A stretch of 60,786 nt of DNA, the filler included, from Sphacelaria rigidula (Eukaryota), in assembly GCA_964200075.2 (NCBI GenBank). It is 10 parts of 10 records of this genome, joined end to end, with 100 filler letters (N's around TTAATTAATTAA, not from the genome) between each part and the next. Parts side by side here need not be neighbours in the genome. Positions count along the whole stretch, not along the records: positions 12,179 to 18,167 come from CAXNAA020022980.1; positions 18,268 to 24,256 come from CAXNAA020022981.1; positions 24,357 to 30,345 come from CAXNAA020022982.1; 7 more parts are not named here. The stretch is one strand, 5' to 3'. The notes below the pieces were generated by a model, which worked only from the letters and a program-made list of their open reading frames with translations, searched no databases and was not told where the DNA came from. Shown piece after piece: positions 13,164-26,563 of the stretch. Numbering within the stretch: the stretch's first letter is position 1; each line of letters begins with the position of its first letter. The translations under genes and the position numbers were made by a program.

Positions 13164-13855
13164 AGGGAGTGCCGTTTGCACCTCTCTACTCTGAAAACCG
13201 TTGTCCTTCATACTTGATAGCGGAAGAAAGAAGAACGCCCACCGCGATCACTGGGACATCCATCATGGATGTAATGCTCATCACAATGGACCATTCACCA
13301 AGTAGAAACGCTTTGCATCGCAATCAGAATACCTCAATCAATGACACTGCCACGGTATCAGCATTAGCTTTGTTGCGATGAGTGGAAATTCAAAATGCTC
13401 GGCGGAAATACACCTTTGCCTTGGGTGCAGTTCCTCATTTTTGCCAGCTTCAGCTGTAAGAAGATGGCGTTGATGATTGATGGTCCACAACGCACAAGCA
13501 GTACTACACACCTGGCTACATTTGTGATTCTGTTACAGCCCATTACTTCTTGCACCACCTCTACGGGTGGCACGTTAAGAAATCGTCACGATGCGCCTTT
13601 TTTTTCCCTAAGTGCTACGTATTGTTGCACGACTGGACTTCAGCTGGCGTCACGACTCAGGAAACTATAATTTGAGGCGAGGCTCAAATCGTTTCCTTAT
13701 CGCCGAGCCAAGCATGATATCTTCAAGTCAATTCCTTACTTACTGCACACGCGCATCAATGATGAATTGCCAATTTCGTCTTCTTTCCGGGCGCGTACAA
13801 GATGATGGAATTCATTAAAGCCACTATATTTTCTTACGAGCGGATGTAGTACTAC

Positions 13856-14037
13856 TAGGGTTGCACATTGGATATCGATGATCGATGCGATTTCGGTAAG
13901 TATCGGCGATATTATGCCATATCGGTATCGGAGCGTAGAAAACCGATATATGTGATAATTATCAATATCGAATGTCGATACGCTCTAATTTTTTGTTTAT
14001 TTTTTGTCATATTAGCGAGATCGGACTAATGTGCGGA

Positions 14038-14122
<85 letters not shown>

Positions 14123-15349
14123 GTAGTAACAATAATAATAATGATAAGCCCAATTTCTCGAAACCGTCGTCACAGTAAACGCAGGGGGGGGTGGTATTTC
14201 TTGAACGGCAGACCCCATATTGATGTTTAACTCTAAACCCCCCCATTCCTCGCTCCACAAGGTCCCCTTCACACACCACACACCGCTAATAATGCCTCGT
14301 GGGTTTAGATTTGAGTGATATAATTCAGCGGGGGTGTTTACCAACGGAAACATACGGGTGGCGTGGCGAAGTAGATATGAGGTCACGATCAATGCAGAGC
14401 TGCAGATAACAGTAAAAAACAGGAGTCTTTCGGGGTATGAGGAGATGGTACTTACTATCGCTTCGCCTTTCCTTGATGTTCGATGAATGTTGGATTTCTT
14501 TTCCCCTTCATCCATTAGACTTGACATTCTCATTGTTTCAAGCTTGGTGTTTGCTCCTTTTTGGTTGGTGACATACAACTATATATATATTTCTGGCATC
14601 CAAAAATTGAAACTTGACGCATGCTGCCGACGTTTCCTGCTATTGGTCGTGAAGAACGTTGAAAAAAAAAAGAGCTTGGATTTGAGTTTGTGCATGTTCG
14701 GGGTTTGACACCTCTTCCTTTTTTAATGAATGTACAGCGTCGAGGTACGCGCTCATTCGATGGAAACACACGGAATAGTGACAGTAGAAGTCAAGACAGT
14801 ATCATCAATAATACCACACCCGGCCCGCTCTGATCAACAACTACCTCTTGCACGACGAAAGATATTCGCAAGACAGCTGCATCACCGCATGCCGCCGCTG
14901 CTATGATGTCAAATTGCACACTACCCGCTGCTGTACATCATGTGTCCGCTGCTGTCTACTGGAAACTACCGTAGGTTGCTTGAGATACCACACCCTCAGG
15001 AGCGATTTCCAACGCTCGATTACTTCCTCTCGGTTGAATGGTTGCAACGCCGCCTGGTTGAGCCCTGGCATCGCTTCTGGTGAGGAGTAAGTGAGCTTTG
15101 AAAACCTGTCGAGGGGATGTGGTATCTTGAGCTATCTGCAATAGTGAGGGAGGGTATGAGTGTGCCAGTATACTGCTCAGTCTTGTACACTGCGGCCGTA
15201 CCAAAACAGCCGTATCGTATCGAGTATCGATACTCGATACGTATCGTGTCATATTCGGAATATCGACAAGAATATCGGTATCGGCGGTTGTGGTTCGATA
15301 TTCTAAGAATATCTATCGAACTTTATTCTCGGTCCGATATGCAACCCTG
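13856..15349. mobile_element. Non-autonomous hAT-superfamily DNA transposon (~1.5 kb)
   Basis: TIRs TAGGGTTGCA / TGCAACCCTG, perfect 8-bp TSD agtactac (13848-13855 and 15350-15357), and dense subterminal (t)atcg/cgat(a) motifs at both ends. Confidence 0.9.
14038..14146. repeat. (AAT)n microsatellite inside the hAT element
   Basis: Direct reading of the sequence. Confidence 0.95.
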
Positions 15350-15676
15350 AGTACTACAGTTCAATGTAGGAAGGCATTTCGCTTCCTTTGTAGTGTTTCT
15401 TGGACAGATTATCTGCAGGGGCCTCGCAGTATACAGCAAAAAAAATAGAGCAGTACAGTCACAGAGTATTGTTGTGCTGTGCCGTGCATATTAATTAGCA
15501 CGATCACATCGGAGTGAATCGCAATAACTACAAGTATCATACCGCATGATGCGCGTATGATATACCTCGAAGTAGTACATACCAGTATGTTGGAGACAAA
15601 ATGACGATGAATAAGAAATGCGGTCACAGCTCGTTGTATCTACTGTATCTTGCAGTATATACTAGCGCGTCATAAC

Positions 15677-15708
<32 letters not shown>

Positions 15709-17477
15709 ACAAAGTATTTAATAGCGTAAGCAGAAAAGTGATGACAGACACCCGTACTTTAAGCTCCATTAAAAGTGATGCTTTTCGGAACAAATATTTC
15801 CGCAATGTTTGCTAGGCCCTCGGTTCTTGATCCCTACTCCAAAAACGAGAGATTTTTGCTGTTGTAGAGCGAACAGTTTTTTTTGTTGTGTGTTGTGTTG
15901 AGCAAACACCACGGGCATGGATATTGGAGAAAACCATCACAGGCCGTAAAAAAGGTACTGCTGCTCCTGTCAAGAGGATATATATGGTGTCGGGAGAGCA
16001 AGAGAAGATGGTGTCGGGAAAGATCCAGATCTTGGGGCTGAGGGAGGGCCGTGTAGGATGTCGGAGTTGCGGAACCCCGGCCGTCGCACTCACGTTTGTT
16101 GTGATCATTGATTCCCAACTTCAACAGTGCGATTTCGTCGCAGCTTCACCATCTTTTGCTGCTTTTCAACAGTCAATCGCGAGGTCCGCTTCTCGGGGTG
16201 AAAAATTCACAGACCTGATGCTGCTCTCAAAACTCGTTTCCCTTTCATCCAAGGCGAGACCTCTGTTCGTTGCCGGCATGCGCGCCAAGTGCTAAATGAC
16301 AATTTCATGACGCGCTCTTTGCACAGCTATTTTCCGCTTCCGGATGAGCCCGCGCACCGCGTCGCGCTCTGTGTCGGGGATCTGCCGTATGTTTTTGCCT
16401 CGATTTCGTTGTGAAAAAAAGGCGTTTCTTGTCCCCCAAATCGTGCTTTCGCACATATCCTTTAGAGGAACGGAAGGCTATAAATCCTTCTACAAGTTGA
16501 AGGGAGGTCGGGAGGGCTGGGGTGGTCCATATGAGAGTCATGTGTCATGCATTTAGGTCAGGGAAAGCACGACTTTTGAGTTGAACCTCATTTATTTGTT
16601 TTTCAACCCCATTTTCGAGAATCCACTGTTTTTTCATGTCGCATTGTAAGCAAGAAAACTGGTAGTCTTGGGCTATCTGCACTGCACGTTGCCCGCTTCT
16701 CCTTTATATCCTGCACGAAACACGCACACACGCACTCAAGACACCCTGCTTGCAAGCAGTGCACACTCAAGACTGCCTGTACTGTACACGAGTGATCATA
16801 TACCGTTTCACGAATGCCACCTTTTTCGATTTCGAGATTGAAAATCCATCCGGACCCAACTGCATCAAAACGAGAAATTTTCGCTCAAATCAATCACATC
16901 GCCTCATTTTTACGATCAAAAACAAAAGTGCTGAGAAAGGTCCTGACAGCCCCCCAGAATAGTTCAAGTGAGATCGGGGGGGGGGGGGGGGGGGGGGGGG
17001 GGTGTTTTTTAGATAACACCTATCGATCTGTTGGGGGGGGTAGATTTTTTNNNNNNNNNNCGCGGATGCGCGTATGGGTTTCACGGATTATGGCGTCGTT
17101 TATATCTGAAAGTCATGCCACTACTTTGGGTAAGATTGACACTCTTCTAATAAAGTTGAATATAATTCATTTCAGTGTCCACTCTCATTTCTCAGGATCC
17201 TCCGTCAAAAATTATATATGGTCTGTGAGGTGTCGACGAACAGCGCGGACACTTTTCGGAGGCTAATACCCTCCCCTCTCTCTCTCCGTTTGAAATCTCC
17301 AACATCCACGCTTACTTTCTGCTTCCGTAGTGGTTGCGTAATCGCAGAGTCAGTACGTGTTTTGTATGTCTTTCCTGGGTATCATGGCAAAACACATTCA
17401 GCGTGCCATCGCTCTCACTGAACACAGTCTACTGCATGCTGCTGTGCCTCTGCTTAGTGGAAAACTTCGGATACCAG

Positions 17478-17889
17478 CGGATCCTCGGACATGGGGTTGA
17501 AAGAAGAATGAGGTTAAATTCAAGAGCCGCGGTTCCCCTGATCTGAATTGATGACAAATGACTTTCACATGGACAACCTCATCCCTCCCGACCTCCTCGA
17601 GACGTTTTCGGGGGATTTGTAGCCTTCCATTCCCCCAAGGGGTATGTGCGGAAGCACACTTTTTCCTCGATTTCGGGGTGAAGAAAGGACGTTTCTTGGG
17701 ACAAAATCGTGCTTTCGCACATACCCTTTGCGGAAACGGAAGGCTAGATATTTCCCGAAAAAGTCTGAGGGAGATCAGAAGGGATGGTGTCGTCCATATA
17801 AAAGTCATGTGTCATGAATTAAGATTAGGGACAGCGCGGCTTTCGAGTTGAACCTCGTTTCCTTTCAACCCCATTGTCGAGAATCCACC
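17478..17889. mobile_element. ~410-bp palindromic foldback element; one arm is also present at ~16410-16628
   Basis: The left arm (ggatcctcggacatggggttgaaag...ggggtatgtgcggaagcac) is the reverse complement of the right arm (gtgctttcgcacataccc...ctttcaaccccattgtcgagaatcc). Confidence 0.8.
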
Positions 17890-19925
17890 GATGGATGTCC
17901 GTGGCCTGTTGGCCTGTAAACCTGTTCCGAGGCGACGCTCGAAGTCTACGGATTGATGTGACGCTCATTCCTCTCCGGATCCTACATACGTCTTCACAAC
18001 ACGGACACATCCCGGGTTTGGACCTTTCTCTTCGACTAAAAGTGGATCCTGGAAAATGGGGTTGATCTTTAAAATGAGGTTCAAGTGGCATATCTTTTTT
18101 GCAGGGATGACGCGAAACAGTTACGCAGAAAAAAACCATCTTTGCCCCCAAATGTCTGCTGCAGTGANNNNNNNNNNNNNNNNNNNNNNNNNNNNNNNNN
18201 NNNNNNNNNNNTTAATTAATTAANNNNNNNNNNNNNNNNNNNNNNNNNNNNNNNNNNNNNNNNNNNNTGCTTTATTCTGTGGTATCGCCACTTCCAGAGA
18301 CAGTCATGGCTTTTACACTGGCTCATAGGTGTCTAGCCAGGGGGGGGGCGTACTCATTCGTTGCTCGCCTTAGTCGTTTGACCATTGACCACGCATCCCT
18401 CTCGAGACGGAAGGGGGGGGTGGGAGGGGGAGTGCATTTTAAGAGGAGGGGGGTGGAAAAGCATGAAATTCAAGGATAGGTTATCACGTAACGATGTGTT
18501 GCGGAAGCATGGCCAGGAAGGAAGCAGTTTTCTACTCGTGGGTGGTCAATATTTTTATTGCTTTTCCCGAAACTTCCACGGTAAATCACCACCTTTCATC
18601 GGCACGTCTACAAAAGATGCTGTGTGCGCCCGAGCTTCTCATTTACCTGGTCGTGTTACCACTGATTACTGTAAGAATATTGTCACCCTGGATGGACAAA
18701 GATTTCAAACCGGGGGTTCACGTAGAACGGTATGTGGATGGAGGCACTGGGCCTACTGCACGAGTTGTGTCACAACGAATATACTTTCCATTCATACTCT
18801 TTTGACACTTTTCGGTATGGTAATCTAGAAAGAACAACCCACCACGTCGTCGGTAGACGTGATACATTCGCTGCGTAATATAGAACAAAAATACGAACAG
18901 AGGCTGTGCATTCGATATATTGAATAATGCAAGGCGTGTACCGGGAGCGAGATGTGTCGATCCCTGAATACAAGGATTCGTCTCGGGGTGGGGACGGGGG
19001 TTCAATGTGCGACAAATACGTGTGTGTGTAGAGATACTATTCTTATTCGTTATGTTTGTCCGCATTCCGCATCTCTGGACGCAGGTGCAATAATCACGGG
19101 GCCTGAGAGCGCACCATTCCTCCGAAGTCCGACGCACCAGCGGCTAGTATTTGATTGTTCCGTTTCTCTGTGATCAACAGCGTCACCTGCTTTTTCTTGG
19201 AACTTTGCGCTTTCGTCGGTTTATTAATTCAGAATTTCACAATTTTTCGCGACTTCGCCACTACTAACTACTCTACCCCTCTGTAGGAATTTCCCAATGT
19301 TTCGGTAACTTCGACCATTGACAGCTCTACCTCTCTCGGATTATCATACTCTTTTCTCTTGCCGCTTCGACACCACCTCACGAGTGACTTCGCCAGCCGT
19401 TTGCGCGGAATTTACTCTGGAACCAGTGAACTCCTTTCGCGCCCAGTGACGCTCCCGGCCCTTTGACTACCGTTTCGCAATAAATAGTTATTCCGTTTCT
19501 CTGTGACCACTACAACTTTTTCTTCCGTTTCCTTTCTGGGGACTTGAAAGTAATTGTTTCGTTTTGTCATCAGCCCATCTCGAGTCTCCTTCCCAGCCGT
19601 CCGCACCTCTCTCGATGTTGGCGACACCTACCTCTCTCCTTCTCCACCACTACCCAACTTGCCTCCTTCCTGCAGGTTTGTTTTGTTGGAGCTCACCGCG
19701 TGCCGCGCCTGGCGCGAAGGTGCCCCGTACACTCTAGGGTAGTGTATATATATACATTTCGCTATGGCTGCGACCTTCTTCTCGCTGAGCGTTGCGGTGT
19801 CCGTCGCACTATCATTACGTACTTGAATATCACCGCTAGTACATATGCCTTGACTGAGATCGCTCCGGCCGAGCGCTCAAACGCAGGCCTTGATATCTTG
19901 AAAACGATGTCGATTTCACAAAAAT

Positions 19926-22330
19926 AAAAATTGATGCCGTCAGCAAATGGACACCTGCGGCGGTCCAAGGCTTTACTTTGTTATCAGCCCCTTTCTTGAC
20001 AATATCCGCGTCTTCTATTGACTGACCCAACTGCACTTCAACACTAACTAACCCAGTCGTATGCCGAGAAAGGCAGACCTCGAACACTCGGGCGGAGATG
20101 GTGCTCTATCACTCCGTAGGCAGAGAGTGCTTCGTCCGACGGCGCAGATAATAACCTTTCGACCCAGTTGAAGTATTCAAGTGTTCCTTCAGTGGTAGAA
20201 TCGGCATCATTTTCAGGCTCTTTTCGAGTAAAAATGATGCCGATTTCACTAATTAATTAATTGATGCCGTCAACAAATGGACACCTCCGGCGGTACAAGG
20301 CTTTATTCTCAATATTTACAGTCTAACCCAAATGCACTTTAACACTAACCCCAGCCGTACCCCGAGAAAGGCAGACCTCGAACACTCGGGCAGCAAGGGT
20401 GTTTGTTCTATCGCTCCGTAGCCAGAGAGTGCTTTGTTCTACGGCGTAGATAGAAACCTTCAACCCAGTGGAGGTGTTCATTTATTTGTGGAGTCGGCAT
20501 CATTTTGAGCCCTTTTCGAGTGAAAATGATACCGATTCCGCACATGAACACCTGCGGCGCTAGAGGGATTTACCGGATGATCGCGATGTGTTGAGTCGGC
20601 ATCATTTTTATTCGAGAAAAGAATGCATAATCCAGCTGAGCTACCATCACGGTGTGACCGCGAGGTTATTCTTCTGTTGAATCGGCATCAATTTCAAGCG
20701 AAAAAAAAAACTTAGACCGCGAGATTAGTCTTTGTGGATCATGCATACTTTTTTTCGCTTGAAATTGATGCCGATTCAACAGAAGAATAACCTCGACGTC
20801 TAAGGGTTGACCGTAGACCGCGAACGTAGTCCATCTGGACTATGAGGTGAAATTGATGCCGATTCAACAGATGACCTGCTCTCGCTGTCCAAGGGTCAAC
20901 CCTCAGCGACCCCGCAGGCGAACTGAGAGGGACTACGCCACATCTGGGGTTCAGAACAGCTCTTTTCTTGTTACACGAAAACGCATTTTCTCATGATCAC
21001 GTGGATGCTGGGCATCTATATAGAAAACAGTTGCGGGGAACTCCTGACCCGTTTGACCGAGCAGTCAATAGCGTGCAGAGTCAGTATGCGTGCGGTATGT
21101 CTCCCCTGGATACAACGGTAAGAAATCAGCGTGCCACTGCCTTTCACTGGGTCGTGGGTTAAAATCTCGAAGCGATCTCGATTTTTTTCTCACACAATGC
21201 CCAATAGTGGAGAGAGACGATGTCGTGGGTACACAAAACTCTACTCAACGGTCGACGAGGGAAAGGGACTGCTGGACCCCTCTCGCCATGAAAAATAAAG
21301 GCAAGCACCGCAGAAGGAAGGTGGAGAACTTCGACACATAAAGAAGAATCTCCTGTGTTGTCCTTTCTCATGTGTGACACACGCGCACAGTGTCGATCCT
21401 GGTGTAGTCCTTGACCATTACATGGCGAGAATAGGTCATCTGTTGAATCGGCATCAATGTCACTTGAAAAAGGGATTATGCATGATACAGACGGACTACC
21501 CTTCGACCGCGAGAATAGGTCACCACCTGCTGAATCGGTATATCAATATTCACTTGAAAAAAGATTGCATGATGCAGATGGACTACCCGCACCGCGATCC
21601 TTTGACCGCGAAAGTAGGTCATATATATGCTGCGGCACCAATTTCACTTGAAAAAGTATCCGTGATCCAGGTGGACTACCCACACCGCGGTCTAAGGGTT
21701 TAACCCTTAGACCGCGGTGCGGGTAGGCCATCCGGACCATGCATACTTTTTTCAAGTGATGCCGATTCAGCAGGTGACCTACCCTCGCGGGTCTAAGGGT
21801 TGACCCTTAGAGAGCAGGAGTAGATCACAATTAGAATCGGCATCAATTTCACTTGAAAAAGTATGAGTGATCCAGATAGACTATCCTCCTCGCGGTCTAA
21901 GGGTTAACCCTTTTGGGACCGTCTACCTCGCAATAGCGTGTTAACGGCAGGTAGCGATAGTTTCGTGAGATTGAGAATAGGGCGTTGATTGCGGTCCAAG
22001 GCAAGAGTAGGTCACCTGTTGAATCAGCATCAATTCCACTTGAAAACGTATCGTGATCCAGATGAACTACCCTCCTCTTGACGCTTTTGGGACCGTCTAC
22101 CTCGCAATCGCGTGTTAATGGCAGGTAGCGATGGATTCGTGAGAGTGAGAGGAGGGCGTTGATTGCGGTCCAAGGCCAGAGTATAGGTCACCTGTTGAAT
22201 CGGCATCAATACCACTTGAAAAAGTAAACGTCATCCAGATGGACTACCCTCCTGGTGGTCGAGGGTTAATCCTTTTGGGACCTTCTACCTCGCAATCGTG
22301 TGTTAGCGGCAGGTAGTAATGGTTTCGTGA
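19926..22330. repeat. Complex satellite-like block of direct and inverted ~90-180-bp units
   Basis: Recurrent gaatcggcatcaatttcacttgaaaaa, catgatccagatggactaccc and accgcggtctaagggttaaccc in both orientations. A ~330-bp tandem duplication spans 19926-20540. The unit also occurs at ~26830-26940 and ~27715-27800. Confidence 0.8.
21148..21380 (+). mobile_element. tRNA-derived SINE, truncated copy
   Basis: Matches the body of 5069-5428 (gtcgtgggtacacaaaa, ggcaagcaccgcagaaggaaggtgg). Confidence 0.8.
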
Positions 22331-23899
22331 GATGGAGAGTAGGGCGTTGATTGAGAGTGGGTTCCACCATTCGCTTCCAAGTTTACCAATCGTTCATTTC
22401 ACGTTCACTTTTCTTTGCCTACATCACTGGCGTGTGCTCACAGCTACACGTCGATATCCTACTGAGGGATATCAAGGGTTTCATTCCAGACCATCGCTGC
22501 TTCCTTTATTTTTTCTTTTCTGAGGTCGTTGCTTTTGTCTTCTTCTGTTTTTCTTCCCTTCTTTTTTCTTTCGTCATTCTCTTTTTTTTGCTGCTCCTGA
22601 CCACGGGTTGGATTGTTGCAATCAGCTCATCCAATGCGAGATAATCAATCAGCCAACATTTTTTCTCATGGCAGTCACCAATCTCAACTTTTTTCACATC
22701 GGGGGGAAAAACATCAGGGAACGGATTTCATGGACCAAATCGGGGACCCGAAAATATCGGGGTGTTGCGATTTCAGAACGATCTCTCCCGTTTTGTTTTT
22801 AAAAGATCGGGAGATCAGTCCGAGATCGTGACTCCCCCCGATTTTGAGGAGATGGCGTACGTCCATTGACGCACAATGGTAGGGTAGGAGACGTTTAAAA
22901 CTTTCGCAATCGCAGCAGAAGACAGTCTCAACAATGATTTCGTGAGATTGAGAGTGAAGGGTACGAGTGAGAGTGAAAATCGGTCAATTAGTGAATGAAT
23001 TGTTTCAGTTCCGAAATGCCCCTCCACGAGGTCCAATCTGTTTACTGTGGTAGCTTGCCACTGAGACTTTTGATATCCCTGAGTAGGATATCGACGTGTA
23101 TCTTTGAGCACACGCCAATGATAGAGGCAAAGAGAAGCACACACGGAATGAAAGAATGTGTAAGTTCCAGCGAATAATCAAAGTCACTCTCAATCTCACG
23201 AAAACGGCGTTTCTCGTGGCAGCGCAGGGCGTGCCTGCCCGCACCAGCTGCTGAAGCAGCTTTGCACGGGGTTTGACAAACGGATAATGAGTGCTGACGC
23301 CGTACCCTGCGGCGATGGTGCTATTTGATGCTGCGCCGCGCTGCCACATGTATCACTATTATATCAAACGGTACTGTACTCTCCTCGTCTGTTGTCGCTG
23401 TCCTTGAGGGGTGGTGTATGGCACTGCACTACTGAACTCTTCTCGCGCACTGGTTGTGCACTTTTCTCGCAATACCGACTGTGCCGTCATCATGCACTAT
23501 ACCACACGGCATGATTGTGCACTGTATAAAATGGAGTGTCATGCACTGTATTACCCTAGAGAACCAAGGTACGGCACTGTTATGTGCGCGCCTGACCCCC
23601 CAAACTGGGTAAAAAAAGTGTCACCGACCAAAAGCACGAAAAGACACGAACATATCGACTTTTGGGGCTTATTCAGGCTCGTCGGGTAAAATATGCCTAA
23701 CGTCATCGGAAGAGAACGACATGGATCCAAAATTCATACAGAGAACTTATCGTTTCTTCCGTCGTTGTTCCATATATGCTGGATGCCACTGCGCCACTGC
23801 GTAGCTTTTCGTCCATGCTTGCGATACGCTGGAGTGGCAGGAGGCTAGTTGGGTTGGTCCAACCCAACGCACACCGAGAAACCTCGGGCAAGGGCGGTA

Positions 23900-24256
23900 C
23901 ATACATTCTCTGAACAAAGTGAGGCCTTGGTGGACCCCAAATCTGCGCCTGTGCGGCCGATTTAAACGAAAACACGTTCTGCTCATACGAGGAGCCCGCG
24001 GGACTATCAGTGCTACTTTAAATCCGATTCTTGTTGTACACATTCAAACCATGATTATTTGTAGCCCAACGCCTCAACCGGGAACGCTGAACCATTTATT
24101 TTTACAAGATCATAGGCTCACTATGCGACAGAACCATATGTACTGATGAACTACGACGAGGACGGCCCTTGCACAGACGAGTGGAGGAGTACATTCGCCG
24201 GGTGTGTCATGTAGGCTGGGCGGGTGTTGGTCGACTTCCTCGTCATGTTCATCGTT
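23900..24256 (+). repeat. Dispersed repeat, reverse-complement homologue of ~41590-41965
   Basis: Shared cacagacgagtgga...gtaca.tcgccgggtgtgt.atgt.ggctgggcgg.tgttggtcga. Related ends at ~52390-52550 and ~53090-53240. Confidence 0.75.
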
Positions 24257-24672
24257 NNNNNNNNNNNNNNNNNNNNNNNNNNNNNNNNNNNNNNNNNNNN
24301 TTAATTAATTAANNNNNNNNNNNNNNNNNNNNNNNNNNNNNNNNNNNNNNNNNNNNGTGATTGGGTAGGTCGCTCGAAGACGTATTTTTTACTATTCCAC
24401 TAACACAGGGTCAACCTTGTGTTAGTGGGGGTCCGGTCCCAAAAGGGTTAATGTAGTATGTTATGCAGGACATACTCTTCCATTTTTTTCTGCGTACAGC
24501 GGCGGTGCCGTGTCACCAGGTTGGTCTGCGCTTTACAGCGATATCCTCAAGTCACACTGATTTGGAAAACTTGGGAACTTGTCGTGTGGAAATCGAATGC
24601 GGGATTTACTGCTGGCCCATCTCGTAATAATCTAGGTCCCTGTGGCGCAGGCGACTATTCGGGGTAGTAGAG

Positions 24673-25022
24673 GCAGGTCGCCCCGGTGGCTCAGTTGGTA
24701 ACCTCGAAACCTTCTGGCGGTTGGGTCGAGGGTTCAACTCTCGGAGCAAACTGGGACTTTTTATCACACCATGCTCAACCGTGGAGAGCGACCATGTCGG
24801 GTACACAGCATTCCACTCAACGGTCGATGAGGGAAGGGGAGTGCTGAACCCCTTTCGCGATGGAAAAACAAAGGCAAGCACCGCAGAAGAAAGGTGGGGT
24901 ACTGAAAGAAAATAAAGAAGAAGCCCCTGTGTTGACCTGCGCCCACATATGCTGAAACGATACCAAGAGGTCTAGACCGGCGCCCAGAATGGAAGGGACG
25001 ACAACACACACACACACACACA
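24673..25022 (+). mobile_element. tRNA-derived SINE, full-length copy
   Basis: A-box ggtggctcagttgg, B-box-like ggttcaactc, conserved body and (CA)n tail. Confidence 0.85.
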
Positions 25023-25400
25023 GAGGCAGGGCCACATGATTCTTGACTTTTTTCTTGTACAGCAAAGGACGTTCTCGTGAAGGGATGTGTCTTCATCATA
25101 CAGTACCATTTTTTTCATCGTTTCCTTGTTTTGTATTTTTATTTTTTTGTGCTCGGTACTTGCCTCTTCTTTTCCTTTTTTCTTGTTTTTGGTCGGCCAT
25201 TTCTTTCCGAGCTTTGCTTGTGTTGACTTTTTCATCACTTTTTTTGTTCGACTTATTTTTAGGGCCTTGTCATGGCACATGAGTTTTGGATCGAAAAAGT
25301 GCGGTGGAATTTTCTTGTTTTTGGTCGGCCATTTCTTTCCGAGCTTTGCTTGTGTTGACTTTTTCATTACTTTTTCTGTTACGATTCAGGGCCTGTCTTA

Positions 25401-26563
25401 GGGCGTGTCTGAGCACTTTTTTTTTCGATCGAAAAAGTGCGATCGAAGTTTTTTCTGCCTATCTGATGGGTCCACCGCATTCATGTTCTTCGAAGGCTTC
25501 AACTCAAAATTATGATCAGCGGCGCGCGGAGAAGAATGCAACGAGAGAAAAAACATTTTTTTTCGATCGAAAACATGCAGTCGAAAGGCACGAAGCGGCA
25601 CTTGGCTCCTGTCTTTCAGACCACCTCGCCAAATAACACCCGTTCACAGAACCATGCAAACTTCATCCAGCCCATTCTCAGCTACCACCGCAACCCTGCA
25701 GCATAGAGCACGAGCTGAGCACAGGGATAGATACACGTAAGTAGTTGGGTAGCGCTTTGTTTATTTTTTCTTGGCGAAAACTTGGGCATCTTCTCTCATG
25801 GTAGTCATCAGGGACGGAACTCCGTGCGGAACGGTGGGCAACCGAGTTGTGTGCACGCTCATGGACAATGCAGGCAGTACAAAGCTGCAAGTTGCTGAAG
25901 TTATTTTCAAGTCGCAGTGTGAGAAGAGAGAACCGATAGTCTTGGGCTGTCTGCACTGCACATTGTCCGCTTTCCCTCTTCTCCTGCACGAAGCACGCAC
26001 ACACGCACTCAAAACACCCTACTTGCAAGCAGTGCAACCAGTACATATCACGTACCGTTTCACGAATTTCACTAGCCGTACGCCCCGGTGGCTCAGTTGG
26101 TGACCTCGTATCCTTTGAATGGTTGAGCAGGGGGTTCGATTCCCGGAGCGATCTGGAATCTTTTCTCGCACCATGCCCAACAGTGGAGAGCGACCATGTC
26201 GTGGGAGCACAAAATTCGACTTCACGGTCGATGAGGGAAAGGGACTGATGAACCCCTCTCAGGATAAAAAAAAAAGTCGAGCACCGTAGGAGGAAGGTGG
26301 GGTAATAGTGACAAATAATAAAAAAAGAGCTCCTGTGTTGACCTTCCTCCTGTGTGACCAAGGCTGATGCACCCACATATATCGAAAGATGTGCACTGGT
26401 GCCCAGAATAAATTGGACAACACACACACACTGTCTTATTTCGATTGAAAGCTTGAAAATCCATCCGGACCCAACTGCATCAAAACGAGAATTTTTCACT
26501 CGGCTCAATTCCACAGCTCGCTTTTTCGATAAAAAAAAGAAGCGCTATTCGTAAGACACGCCC
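25401..26563 (+). mobile_element. Non-autonomous PIF/Harbinger (Tourist-like) element carrying a SINE insertion
   Basis: TIRs gggcgtgtct...agacacgccc, preceded by TTA. Homologous to 12347-13163. Confidence 0.8.
26075..26431 (+). mobile_element. tRNA-derived SINE inserted in the Harbinger-type element
   Basis: A-box ggtggctcagttgg and B-box ggttcgattcc. Absent from the homologous positions at ~12490 and ~16815. Confidence 0.88.

Noticed and set aside
13972..14578. Poly-N, poly-L and poly-Y ORFs
   Set aside because: Translations of the (AAT)n microsatellite.
17051..17060. Internal 10-N gap and adjacent poly-G
   Set aside because: Scaffolding gap next to a homopolymer. The ORFs crossing it are unreliable.
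19027..19843. Solo LTR (tgta...taca)
   Set aside because: No matching TSD, PBS or second copy in the window.
20250..20262. taattaattaatt resembling the contig linker
   Set aside because: No flanking Ns. It lies at the junction of a natural tandem duplication.
25678..26514. 278-aa ORF
   Set aside because: It spans the SINE/MITE junction on the antisense strand and has no domain motifs, so it is a chance ORF.
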